The notes beneath the pieces are model-generated. The model saw only the letters and a list, made by a program, of their open reading frames with translations, had not been told where the DNA came from and searched no databases. Shown here one piece after another: positions 13,030-24,520 of a stretch of DNA of 64,000 bases (positions within the stretch are counted from its first letter, which is position 1; every line of letters starts with the position of its first letter). This stretch comes from Okamejei kenojei (taxonomy: Eukaryota). Position numbers and translations under genes: made by a program. The stretch covers positions 36,580,001 through 36,644,000 of the forward strand of contig CM069141.1 of assembly GCA_035221665.1 (NCBI GenBank), in the 5' to 3' direction.

Positions 13030-13805
13030 GCAGTAATTTATTGTTGTACAAAAACCTCCATAAGTGAAAATATGAATTTGACTATCTACAGGTTGACTAG
13101 ACCATCTCAACAGCTGATGGTCAAAGAAGTCTATGAATGTAAACCAATATTACGATATATCAATAAAATAATTATGTATAAAGAAGTGTTATACCTGCAA
13201 TTTGCGGAAATAAGTCTAAATAACTATATTTTGTTATAAGAAATTGGAGGTCTGTATATACAGTAAAATTATTTTTTTCATTTAGATATATGTGAATTCC
13301 TTGTGGATTGCATTTTCTAAGTATCTAATTGATAGAGCCAATTATAGGGCTCAGAGTGTTACCGTCTTATAAACGGATAATATATTAACCAAGAAGTTAT
13401 CAGATGCATTCATAATATCCCAATATGGAAAGGGATATATATGTAAAAGTTAATAAAATATATATATGTGTGTGTGTATATATATATAAAATATAGATAT
13501 AGATATAGATATGGGTATATGTATATATAATCTGTCCAAAATTGTAAAAAATATAAAGGCAGGAGATAAAAAATCTTGAAATGCCTTAAGAAATGGACTT
13601 TAAAACTCTATCTATGATTCAAAAACCTTAAACATTGAAAATAATAATTCTGATAACTTTAGTATCAATATAAGAGTGCAAACATTGCAAATGTTACGTT
13701 ATAATGGCATGTGGATACAAATTGCATTATCATATATGTTTATGAATCTACCAAACAAAGCACGCCAAGAAGACCTGAAAACCAAACCAAGGTAAACCTA
13801 TAAGC

Positions 13806-14021
13806 NNNNNNNNNNNNNNNNNNNNNNNNNNNNNNNNNNNNNNNNNNNNNNNNNNNNNNNNNNNNNNNNNNNNNNNNNNNNNNNNNNNNNNNNNNNNNNN
13901 NNNNNNNNNNNNNNNNNNNNNNNNNNNNNNNNNNNNNNNNNNNNNNNNNNNNNNNNNNNNNNNNNNNNNNNNNNNNNNNNNNNNNNNNNNNNNNNNNNNN
14001 NNNNNNNNNNNNNNNNNNNNN
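13806..14021. other. Assembly gap (216 N)
   Basis: Run of n. Confidence 1.
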
Positions 14022-14559
14022 AGTAGGTAAGAGTCTGTGGCAATGAGACTGCTTATTACACACAAAAACCACATTGGGTTCAGTAAAACTGATGGTTATA
14101 GAGGAATGTATTTCTAGATGGTTAATAATTGGATACATTCAGTAGGAACTAGACACTGAAAGGTGGAAAATCACTCTGTTAATGAGGAAAATACATTCAC
14201 AGGAATGGCACAGGATGAGCCACTTGAGCAAAGATGCAAGGCCGCAGGAGGCTGTAGATTACTGTTAAAATAAAGGAACCAGTCATGGTGTCAGATTTAG
14301 ACACGCAATGTTCGGTTCGCTATAATTGTTGCTTTGTCATGCCATAAAAAATATATATCAATTGGTATTTGTGATAAATTTGCTTTTCAATAGAAAGGGC
14401 ATTATTTTCTTTTTTTTTAAATATAATGTGAAAATTATTTATCACATAACTTGAGGCAATGTTTGGGGAAAATGTGTTATTCGCTCGTTATTGTGTTAAT
14501 GAGCCGTACTGTCGTATGGAATAAATTCTACGACACGAAAAACACAGAAAGCTTTAAAC

Positions 14560-14672
14560 TCTTCACGTAGTCACTCACGTGACTCCGAAGTAAAATAGTA
14601 AGATTAAACGAGAACTTACCAGTTCGAAGTTTGATCGTTATTTTATGAGGAGTTACGATGAGGGATTACGTG
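14560..14672 (+). repeat. DIRS internal complementary region (ICR)
   Basis: 14560-14596 is the exact reverse complement of 9868-9904; 14592-14672 is the exact reverse complement of 14825-14905. Confidence 0.95.
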
Positions 14673-16107
14673 CCCTCCACTCCCCACCCTCATAAAATAA
14701 ATGATCATCTGGTAGTTCTAAGTCTATTATGAGCCTTACTATGTTACTTCGGCTATTTTTGTGTTCTGTGTTTTTCATGCCGCTGCTTTGAAGTATGCCG
14801 TTTGCCAGCGCCAGGCGTGTTCTTCACGTAATCCCTCATCGTAACTCCTCATAAAATAACGATCAAACTTCGAACTGGTAAGTTCTCGTTTAATCTTACT
14901 ATTTTAATCACTACCTCCATTTAATTTCTGTTTACATTTATATTCTGCTAAATTCAGTAGCAAAGAAATTCAGAAATTCCATCTGCAAATGCCATTATCT
15001 AATGACGGCAACACCAAGTATTTATAATTTTGTCCTTATTTGTGAAAATTAACCTTAACCTGTATGTATCTGATTTTCTTCTTGTACCTGTCGCTTTGAA
15101 TAAGTCTGAATATTTTTTTATTACAATTCTTCTGTGTCCTTTGCATTACAGATTAACTTTAATTTGGGGTAATTCTTCCATTTGGTGGACCTCTTTTCCT
15201 CGAGGATTTAATCACTTTCTACTGCCAGGAATTGATAATGAATTACTGATCACAAATGAATCTGATGATAGAAGCTGAACTTGCAACTGTTACTGTGTAG
15301 GAAGGAACCAAATATAGTTTAAACCAAAGATAGACACAATATCCTGGAGTAACTCGGGGGTCAGGCAGTATCTCTGGAGGAAAGGAAAAGGTGATGTTTT
15401 GAGTCGAGATGCTTCCTCAGATGATTAAGAGTCTCAAATATTCATCTTGTTTGCCAGCCCAGAACACACAAAATCAAATGGAAGCAGGTTATCTTTTATT
15501 CCAAGGTATTGCCCAAGAAGATCATTGCTTAATATTGCTGTATTAGGACAGCTTTCTAGACTTTCATCTGGAAGCCATTTCAGTTTTAAATCACAGGTAT
15601 AACATGGTAATTGCAGATAGGAGAAAAGTGTGCTCAGAGTCTTTAGCATGCAGCCTCAACAAGTCTTTGGAAATCGACTAGAGACAATGCTCTGCTGGCT
15701 CATCTTAGAAACATAGAAAATAGGTGCAGGAGTCGGCCATTCAAGACAGACCATTCAATATGATCAATGCTGATCATCCAAAATTAGTACCCTGTTCCTG
15801 CTTTTTCCCCATATCCTTTGATTCCGTTGGCCCTAAGAGCTAAATCTAACTCTCTTGAAAACATCCAGTGAATTGGCTTCCACTGCCTTCTGTGGCAGAG
15901 AATTCCACAGTTTCACAACTCTCTAGGTGAATTTTTTTTCTTTATCTCAGTCCTAAATGACCTATCCATTATTCCTAAACTGTGACTCCTGGCTCTGGAC
16001 TCCCCCAACATCGAAATTGTTTTTCCTGCATCTAGCCTGTCCAATCCCTTAAGACATTTACATGCTTCAATAAGATCGCCTCTCATTCTTCTAAATGCCA
16101 GTGAATA

Positions 16108-17525
16108 CTAGACTAAGTGCAACCCGTTGGGTCCCAGCATCACACGGGAGGGCTCGCCCCCTAACACAATATTCCACCTCTCCACCAATTCCAATATTGG
16201 TGGCCGGGGGGGGGGGGGGGGGCTTTCTGGGTCGCTAGTATGGGTGTTGTGGGCTGAAGGGACTGGTTTCCAGAGGGCTAGCAAGGACATTGTGGGCGAA
16301 TGGATTCTTGGGCTGGCGGCTCAGTCACTCAAGCCTGTTGTGCTGGCAGCTCACTCACGGCTGGTGGGCTGGCAGTTGACTCACGGCTATTCCTTGAAAT
16401 TCCATTTCAAGCAGGGTGCAAGGCCACCAAATTCAAGTGCAGTTTCATACCACTCCAAGCAGGGTGCAAGGCCACCAAATTCAAGTGCAGTTTCATAGCA
16501 TTTCAAGCAGGGTGCAAGGCCATTAAAGACAGTGTGTCGAGACCTCTCCCTCCCCCATCTTGCAGAGACTGAGCCACGCCCACACTTCTGGGTTTTATAG
16601 TCCCTCCCACCAGAAGGGGCGGGGCTTTCATGGCATGATTGACAGGAGAGAGAATCTCAACATATTTTTAAACACTAATGACTCTTTTACTTTTCATCGA
16701 TGGGAAAAATCCTCGGCACCAGATGAGCAGAGGGGGACACTGAGTAAGATGGACAAAAATCACAGCCGTACGTGGGAGTGTTTTTTTCTAAAATCAATAT
16801 AAAATGCAAACAGAAAGCGGTCAAGATTAGACTTTTAATTATATAGAAGGCAAGGCAACTTTAATTAGGCAAGGCAACTTTAATTAGGCAAGGCTGCTTT
16901 AGCATTTTCAAACTGAAGGCAAGGCAGCTTTAGCATTTTCAAACCAAAGGCAACACAGCGGCAACACAGCGTTAGCATTTTAAACCAAAGGCAAGGCAGC
17001 TTTAGCATTTTCAAACCAAAGGCAAGGCAGCTTTAGCATTTTCAAACCAAAGGCAACACAGCTTTAGCATTTTCAAACCAAAGGCAATACAACTTTAACA
17101 TTTTCAAACCAAAACGCACTTTTGCATTTTCAAACTACATTTTCAAACCACATTAAGGGCACTGTCAGGTCAGTAAAACCACTTACAGTTTAGTAGACAT
17201 GTGTTTAGTGGTATTCACAGCTCAGACTGAGAATTGCGACCTCTCATTCCCCCCATCTTGCAGAGAACTGAGCCACCTCCACACCTCCGGGTTTTATAGT
17301 CCCTCCGGAAGGGGCATGGCCTTCAGGAGAGAGAATATCAACATTTTTAAAACATCAATAAGTCTTTTATTTTTAATCGATGGGAAAAATCCTCTTGTCC
17401 TGACCAGCAGAGGGGGACTCTGAGTACGATGGCCAAAAATCACAGCCGTAAGAGGCAGCATTTTTTCTAAAATCAATATGCAGTGCGACCGAAAGTGAAC
17501 AAGTTGAGACTTTTAGTAATATAGA
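16108..17525 (-). mobile_element. Non-autonomous Helitron
   Basis: On the minus strand: 5' TCTATATTACTAAAAG, 3' CTAG, subterminal hairpin accc-gtt-gggt, inserted between A and T with no TSD. Confidence 0.8.
16848..17150. repeat. ~31-bp minisatellite (aaaggcaaggcagctttagcattttcaaacc) inside the Helitron
   Basis: About 7-8 diverged tandem units, preceded by 19-bp units aaggcaactttaattaggc; a 48-bp tandem repeat also lies at ~16408-16521. Confidence 0.9.
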
Positions 17526-18609
17526 TCAGCCCAGTCGATCCATTCTTTCATCAAACGTCAGTCCCACTATCCCAGGAAACAACCTGGCCTGTTATCCAGA
17601 AATGGGTGCCTGACCGGTTGAGTTACTCCAGCACTTTGTGTCTTTTTATTTGTAAACCAGCACCTTCCTTGTTTCCTTGTTCCTATAGGTACGTTTTGTT
17701 CTTGTTTTCGATTATTTAATTAAAAATGAACAATATTTTTAAATGATTGTCCCACCAATCATATGCAGAAGAATTACAACCAAAGACTTGTTTTAAAAAC
17801 ATCATATAAGATATAAAAATTCCTCAAGAAATGCATCATTGGTGAAGGGTGATTAATAGCCGCATTCACTTAGAAGACATTAAAAAGTATGAGTGCAATA
17901 TACTGATATTCATTAAATCATACAGAAAATGTGACTTGGAGCTTATTCACTATTCTTCAAGTGTCCTAAAAACGCTTCAGTTATAAAATATCCTCACTAA
18001 TGGAAAGTTTTACTGCAGATGAAAAGCAGGGAGTAGATCCAATTATTTTATTGGTAATGTACCACATAGAATCTTGTAGTATTATACATTGTATGTTACT
18101 GCTGAAAGTTGCTGTTTAATCAGATTAATAGTTTGTTATTCCTAAATTTGTTTCTCATTATTAGAATTGAACAAATTTGACAGTTGTTGGGCATTTCTTT
18201 GTGACTGGCTCGGAGGTATCTACATTTAGCCAGAGAGGGATAGGTATAAACCAGCGGGTTATGCTGCTCCACCTTTCTCACAAATGTAAGTGAGCTGGCT
18301 TCTACGTTCATGTTCGGCTGCATGTGTTCACTTACTGGTCACCGGAGATCATACTTTTTGAATTAATCATTGTGACTGTTCAAAACAGTCTAGTCATATC
18401 CAACATTGATTCTACAGTAACCAGAACTCTAGTCCAGTGTGGAATTGATAATTTAGCAATAATAGATCATAAATTATTACAATGGTTTTAAACTATGATT
18501 TCAGCGTGCTGCTTGACATTGTTATATCTGTCACTTGCATTCCTATGTAGTCATAATATCTACAGTTTATAAGCACTTTGTTGACTGAAAATTACATTGG
18601 GTTACTTGG

Positions 18610-18868
18610 AACATTTTTTCCAGCCCGATAAAAAATGTCCACGAGTAAAAAAATGGTCGGGATGAAAGAAATTGAAACGTTTTACTCGTAAGGATGGCAT
18701 CAAAATAATCGTGAGAAAATTCGTAGACGTAGGAGTTCGTAGGAGTTCATGAACATAGTCGTGGAAGGTTGTAGGAGTTTGTAGATTACCACGATCTTGA
18801 TTTCTTTTTACGTCCTTTAAATTCGGCAGAGGTTTTTAATTAAGTCGTGAAAGTGGGACAGGCCCTTA
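18610..18868. mobile_element. One-ended PIF/Harbinger-like MITE fragment
   Basis: CpG-rich body ending in aagtgggacaggccc+tta (TIR gggcctgtcccact with a TTA/TAA flank); partner end not seen. Confidence 0.5.
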
Positions 18869-19149
18869 AGGAGTATGGGAATAGGGCAGGGGGCTGAGGG
18901 GTGTGGGGTGTGGGATAAGGACCAGGGTAGAACTGGAAATTGAGGAAGCATTTGTGGAGGAGAGAGTTTCCATTGGAGTATATAATGCGGAGAGGCTCAG
19001 CTAAGGGAATAATCATAGTTCCGATCAGGAGATGATACCATTTTAGGAGAAGGAGTCATGATTAATGGGGTACTTGGAAGATGATGAGACATAACTGAGG
19101 AAAATGGCAGGCAGGGTAACAAGTATGAAATCTACAACAGTGTTAACCG

Positions 19150-19630
19150 AAACTCCAATGCACAGATTCGTAAGCAGCTGCAGAGAGCGGTGGTCTCAGT
19201 CTGCTCCATCATGGACAGAGCATTCCCCAACCATTGCAACTATATATTGGAGGCACTGACTCACTAGAAGGTGGCATCTGCCATCATTGGTTCCCACCAT
19301 CTGAGACATGCCCTCTTGTCACTGCTAATATTGGGGGATCAAGCAGGAGATACAGAAACCTAAAGTCACACACCATCATATTCACAAGCACCTACATTCT
19401 ACAACCATCAGCATCCTGAATTGTCCTGCACAACTTCAATCCTACCCTGGTAATGGAATACTACCTTTTGCACTACCGTGGACGTGTGTTTGAATTGTGT
19501 TTTGCCCTGATGTCTTTCTTTTCATTGTGTTATAGACTTTATATGTATGTATAATGTATGACTGTAAACAAGATTGTACCCGTATCTCACCATACTTGAG
19601 CATTTGCCAATAATCTTAACTTGACTTGAA
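19150..19630 (+). mobile_element. Rex1/Babar LINE 3' fragment
   Basis: Decayed QLQR...HHxxHALLSLL...RRYRNLKSHT C-terminus, followed by the 3' UTR. Confidence 0.65.
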
Positions 19631-20018
19631 AGCAGTTCTACTACTGTGCCACTGTGCCACCCTAGTGCTAAGTGTTAGTTGAGTTGTAAATCTGCTTGTT
19701 GGTCAAAAAATGAAGACATTCCACAGGGATAGGTGTGCAATTTGATGCTTTTTCCCCATTTTTGGATATGAGCTAGACAGCAACAAGGGGAATTGTCCAT
19801 AGACTGGCAAAGTACCTGCAAATATTTTGCAAGTAAAAAGGAATGTGGAATAAAGCAAATATTTTACAAACAAATGTAGATGTTCTATGAAAATAGGCAA
19901 CATTCAGCTCGATATCAATTAACCATGACCCCTGGTCCTTCTGAATGGCAAGGTTTTTAAATTTGGTCAAAGATTTTAAATAACCTTGAGTTCCTTCTGG
20001 TGAATCATTGTGTTTTAG

Positions 20019-20104
20019 ATACTAAATTTGCAGAGGATATTCCCTGCATGGACTTTAAAATGGTGACATCAATTAGTTCATTATGTTACATCCATAAATG
20101 TAAG
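20019..20104 (+). CDS. Candidate internal exon (xTKFAEDIPCMDFKMVTSISSLCYIHK[CK])
   Basis: Acceptor attgtgttttag, two adjacent donors (AAT|gtaagg at 20099, AAG|gtaagc at 20104), open reading in phase 1. Confidence 0.25.
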
Positions 20105-20189
20105 GTAAGCCCTGTTTGTTTTTCAATAAAAAGGCCCAGGGGAGTGTTTTAGCCTAGGGAGACTTGGAAGCGGCCATGCATTTGGACAT

Positions 20190-20920
20190 GATGGAGAAGA
20201 AGGCATTTGACACGCCTGCCTTCTTGTGCTGGGATACTGAGTACAGGAATTGGAACATCATTGGTGAGACCGCACTTGGAATATAATGTGCAGTTCTGCT
20301 TGCCATGCTCTGGGAAGAGTGAGATTATGGTTGAGAGCTTGCAGAAAATATTCTCAAGCATGTTGCAGGACTGGAGTGTTTGTATTATAAGGAGACAGGA
20401 ATGGACTAGTCGGCAATCGGGAAAGGGGTCAAGCGGGCAATAAGAAGGGCTAAAAGGGGCGCAGGAAATGTGATTGATGAGTTGGATTAATGAAAATCCC
20501 AATGTTTTTTAAATGTACATTAAAAATAAGAGAGCAACCAGGAAGAAGGTAAGCATAAATGAGGGAATTTATGCTTGGAAAGAGGATGTAGCCGAGGTAC
20601 ATATGGCATAGATAAGTTGGATTTTCCCAGGGTAGGGGACGAAAATTAGAGGGAATAGGTTTGAGATGAGAGGCAAAAGATTTAAAACGGACATGAGGGG
20701 CATATTTTTCATACAGATGGTGGTGGGTACATGGAATAAGCTATCAGAGGAATTGGAGACACAGGTCCAATTACACCATTTAAAAGGCATTTGAACACAT
20801 AGATGAACAGTAAAGGTTTAGACGGATATGAGTCAAACACAGACAAATGGGACTATTTCACCTTGGTCAGCTTGGACGAGTTGTGCCGAAGGGCTTATTT
20901 TCATGCTGCATAACTCTGAT
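20190..20920 (+). mobile_element. CR1 LINE fragments
   Basis: ORF 20207..20443 has LVRPHLEYNVQF; CR1 3' UTR at ~20860-20920. Confidence 0.75.
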
Positions 20921-22059
20921 TCTATGGGAAGCCTTGTCCAGGATTCTGAACCACAATTGTAAGTATAATAATGGGCATAAAATTGCAGAGGGCTAGTGGA
21001 ATCATGCCTTTTTGGCATTTAACCCTTTTTTTTCAACCCAACTCTATTTTTTCTTTTGGGGGAATTGTAAATCGAGGCTGTGTTAATTGTTGCCATATTT
21101 TTTGAACTGCCATGGGCAGATTTTAACTATTTGTTACTGAGGTGTGATTTTCAGATACTTAATGGAGTATTCATGCTTAATTTGCAAATCTTCACTTTCA
21201 GTTGGTATTTTTAGAATGTCTACATTATTTTTTTCATATTATACATCATTCATTTTTCTAGCTATATAAAATAAATCAAGACAGAAAATATTTCCTCAAG
21301 TAAATTAGGGCATTTGCCTTAAAATACATCTTTTTGTCAAAACACTGGGGATTTTAGTGCCTCTTAGATATTGACAATTGATAACATTGTGTTACAAGTT
21401 CAAGGGATCAAGCACTACTCTAACATTTGAGCAGGCAATCTAATCACACTTGACAGTTTGTTCTGCTCACTCATTTTATATATTCCAATGGTACTATTCA
21501 AATTTCCCTGTGCTCAAAGCACGTTCTTCCCGCAACCAACAGGATTGTTGTAATCTTGTAATTGGTACATTAACTACACCATTTATTTGCCCCCACCATA
21601 TTTCCAAAAAAAAAATAATTATATGATATACTAAACATTTGCATGGCTCCAAGCTTTATTTTCAGTGTTACTTGATAGACTCTTATTTCTTATTGATCTC
21701 CTGATTACTCTTACCTCCTTATAGTTAACTGTGTCAATTCAATTTGATTTTAAATTTGTTGTCCAAAATTATTCAGGACAACGTAATGGTAACTTTCTTT
21801 GTGCTTATTCAAAATATACTTTCTTTAAATTGTGTTCATGTGCAATTTGAAAATAAAAATATTTCTAGATTGCTCACAGGTATAAATATAATTTGATATG
21901 GTTATATGTGATCCTCACAAGTTAAGGCATTTCACCTCCTGTGGTTTGTGCCTGATATAAATTACTGTACTTTGTTTTCTTGGCTAATGAAACAATCATG
22001 GTTTTTTTTTAAATGTTCTAGCACTAACTGTTCTGGCTGAAGTGGTGGTTTTATTTTAG

Positions 22060-22113
22060 CTCCTCCACTACCAGGTGTGTTCACTATAATTGATTACAGA
22101 AGTACAAATGATG
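22060..22113 (+). CDS. Candidate 54-bp internal exon (xPPLPGVFTIIDYRSTND), host gene unknown
   Basis: Branch point cactaac (22022-22028), acceptor ttttattttag, donor ATG|gtaagg, phase 1-1 and the only open frame, within AT-rich apparently unique DNA. Confidence 0.4.
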
Positions 22114-22839
22114 GTAAGGTATACCAAACATAAAGTTATGTTTGCTTGTTTAATTCATGTTTCTAGCCTCAGATCATTTTAAGATGTGGTTTGCAAACTA
22201 ACTGAATGGGTAGTTCTAGGACAGAGAGGGGAGAATGAGCAGTATCCTAATTAGCAGAATGTTATTGATGCAACAATCTGAATTGGGGCCTCAGCTTTTC
22301 ACTGGTTGTTTACAACCTAGATAATGGGAAAGAACACCACATACTAAAGTTTACCAATGTAACATAATATTAAAAAGCTGACAGACTAGAAATGCTGACA
22401 TGCAAAGAGATGTTGTGGCTCTTATGTATAAAGCACAGAACACTTATGTGTATGCCTGTCAAAACTGCAGAATTTACTTGTATATTTAAAGGATTAGAAT
22501 GCAAGAGGTGAGAAGGACATCATGTTACAACAGTACAAGACGTTTGTGAGACCACATTAAGAGTTATGTTACCTTCATACAAAGCACTGGTTTGACTTTA
22601 CCTGGCGTTCAATGAGCCATTCTGAGTGCCACACCTAAGGGAGGGGGAACTGGTCTTAAATTAAGTGCGCTATAAATAGGCCAGGACAATAGCAGGGAGA
22701 TTATACAATTGAAAATTGTGTTTCGTGAAACTTAGGAAGTTATAAGGTGGTATGATCAAAGTTTTGAAGATATTAGTGGAACTGATAGATTAGATAGAGA
22801 GAAATAATTTCTGCTGATTTGTATATCTGGGAGGGTGGT

Positions 22840-23525
22840 GACGAAGGCATTTTTAATGCTTGGCTTCATCTGTCAGTGCAGTGGATACAAGAATTGGGAT
22901 GAAATGTTACAACTCTACAAGACCACATTAAGAGTATTGTGTGCAGTGTTGGTTTAGTTAATAGAAAGGATGTCATTAAGCTGGAAAGGATTCAGAGACA
23001 ATTCACAAAGCTCTATGGCAGACGTTACTCTGAGAAGGATGTTACCAGGACTGGAGGGCTCGAGTTATTAGGAGAGACTGGATAGGCTGTGACTTTTCCC
23101 CCTGGAACATAAGAGGGTGAAGGGTGACATTATCGAGGTATACAAAATCATGGGGGGCATAGAGAACGTGAATGTCCAAAGAACGGTCTCGACCCGAAAC
23201 GTCACCAATTCCTTCTCTCCAGAGATGCTTCCTTTCCCACTGAGCTACTCCAGCTTTTTGTGTCTATTTGTGGATAATTACAGTCTCTTTCTTAGGGCAG
23301 GGAAATCTAGAAATAGATCATGAAGATTAAAGCTGAGAGGAAAAACATTTGAAGGACAACTATTTTACACAGAGAGTGGTGGATATGTAGTACAAGCTGC
23401 CAGAGGAAATTGTAGAGGCAGATATAATTACAATGTTTGAAAGACACAAGTACAGAGAAAGGAAAGGTTTAGAGCGATATGCACCAAACACTGGCAATTG
23501 GGACTAGCTCAGGTAGGCATCTTGA
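22840..23525 (+). mobile_element. CR1 LINE 3' fragment carrying a small Penelope-tail insertion (~23185-23270)
   Basis: KGDIIEVYKIM motif; insert 'ggtctcgacccgaaacgtcacc...cagctttttgtgtcta'. Confidence 0.75.
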
Positions 23526-24149
23526 GTGAAAAACATAACACTGGAGGAACTCAGCAGATTGCTTTGAGAATGGGGGATAAAGCTGGAAAAGTGAGGTAGG
23601 GTGGGTCAAGATCCTTCATCAGACCAGGTGAGGGGGGTGTTAATAGTTGCATGTCACTTCTCCGCTTCTTTCCTAATTTGGCTCACTTTTGTCTTATTTT
23701 CACCTCGGTTCTGTCACTTACTCCACTTGTCTGTCTATCAACCCCCTCTTTACCTGAACTCACCTATCTCTCACAGGGTTCAGTCCTAATCCCATCACTC
23801 CTTCCCATCTTTCTTCTCCCTTCTACAATCAGTCTGAAGAAGATTTTAATGTAATGTAAAGTCACCATTACATTGTCCTTGCCAAGGAGACTGAACTGAG
23901 AAGCAGAAAAGTTAGAATTAACTGATAGTGCACTCTGGTTTTTTAAGCTTGACTATTCCAATGAAGACATGGCTGTCTCTTATTGCTTTCTCTGTAAAAT
24001 AAAAAGTTTTTCATATTTCATATGCCCCAAGGTGCATGGAGATCAGTTTGTCCATATCAAAATTATTTTCAATCCCTTCCATGGTCTGGTATTTCCACCA
24101 GCGTAATTTCTTCCAGTCCAAAAGATATCTGACTTATCTGAGATTCTTA

Positions 24150-24520
24150 ACATCATGGATCCCTAGCATCTGAGCCTTGCTCTCTTTGTGCTGCTACCAT
24201 TGGTCAAGAGGCCTGAAGTCAGGTTCAAGAACAGCCCACCTCCTATAACTATTCGGTTCTTGAAACAACCTGTACAGCCCTAATCCTACCTCAACAACAA
24301 AATATTATACCCTACCTCTTGCACTACCATTGACTTTCTTTAATTGCGGTTTGCATTAATGTCTTGTTTTATTGCAGTCTTTGCGTTTTTACTTGTGTTA
24401 CATAATTTTCATGTTTAATTTATATTTTTGTGTGTTGTCTGAGTCTATGTGCCGGTGATGCTGCTGCAAACAAGGTTTTCTTTGTATGTGTACCTGAACA
24501 ATAAAGTTAACTGGACTTGA
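24150..24520 (+). mobile_element. Rex1/Babar LINE 3' fragment
   Basis: 'ctctctttgtgctgctaccattgg...aggttcaagaacagc' and a 3' UTR similar to 19400-19630. Confidence 0.55.

Larger units (their letters stand above)
9868..14905 (+). mobile_element. DIRS1-like retroelement, full length, coding-dead (non-autonomous)
   Basis: Inverted terminal repeats plus an ICR; remnants colinear with the 45.9-50.7 kb DIRS: gag (~10640-10750), RT (~11590-11650), YR (~14170-14250). Confidence 0.9.
15705..17590 (-). mobile_element. CR1/HER1 3' fragment split by a Helitron
   Basis: 'tagaaacatagaaaataggtgcagg' tail; sequence up to 'gtgaata' (16107) resumes as 'tcagcccagtcgatccattc' (17526). Confidence 0.85.

Noticed and set aside
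13740-14138. ORFs containing X runs
   Set aside because: Artefacts of the N gap
16848-17150. CRISPR-like ~31-bp repeats
   Set aside because: Head-to-tail tandem units with no unique spacers, no cas genes, eukaryotic context
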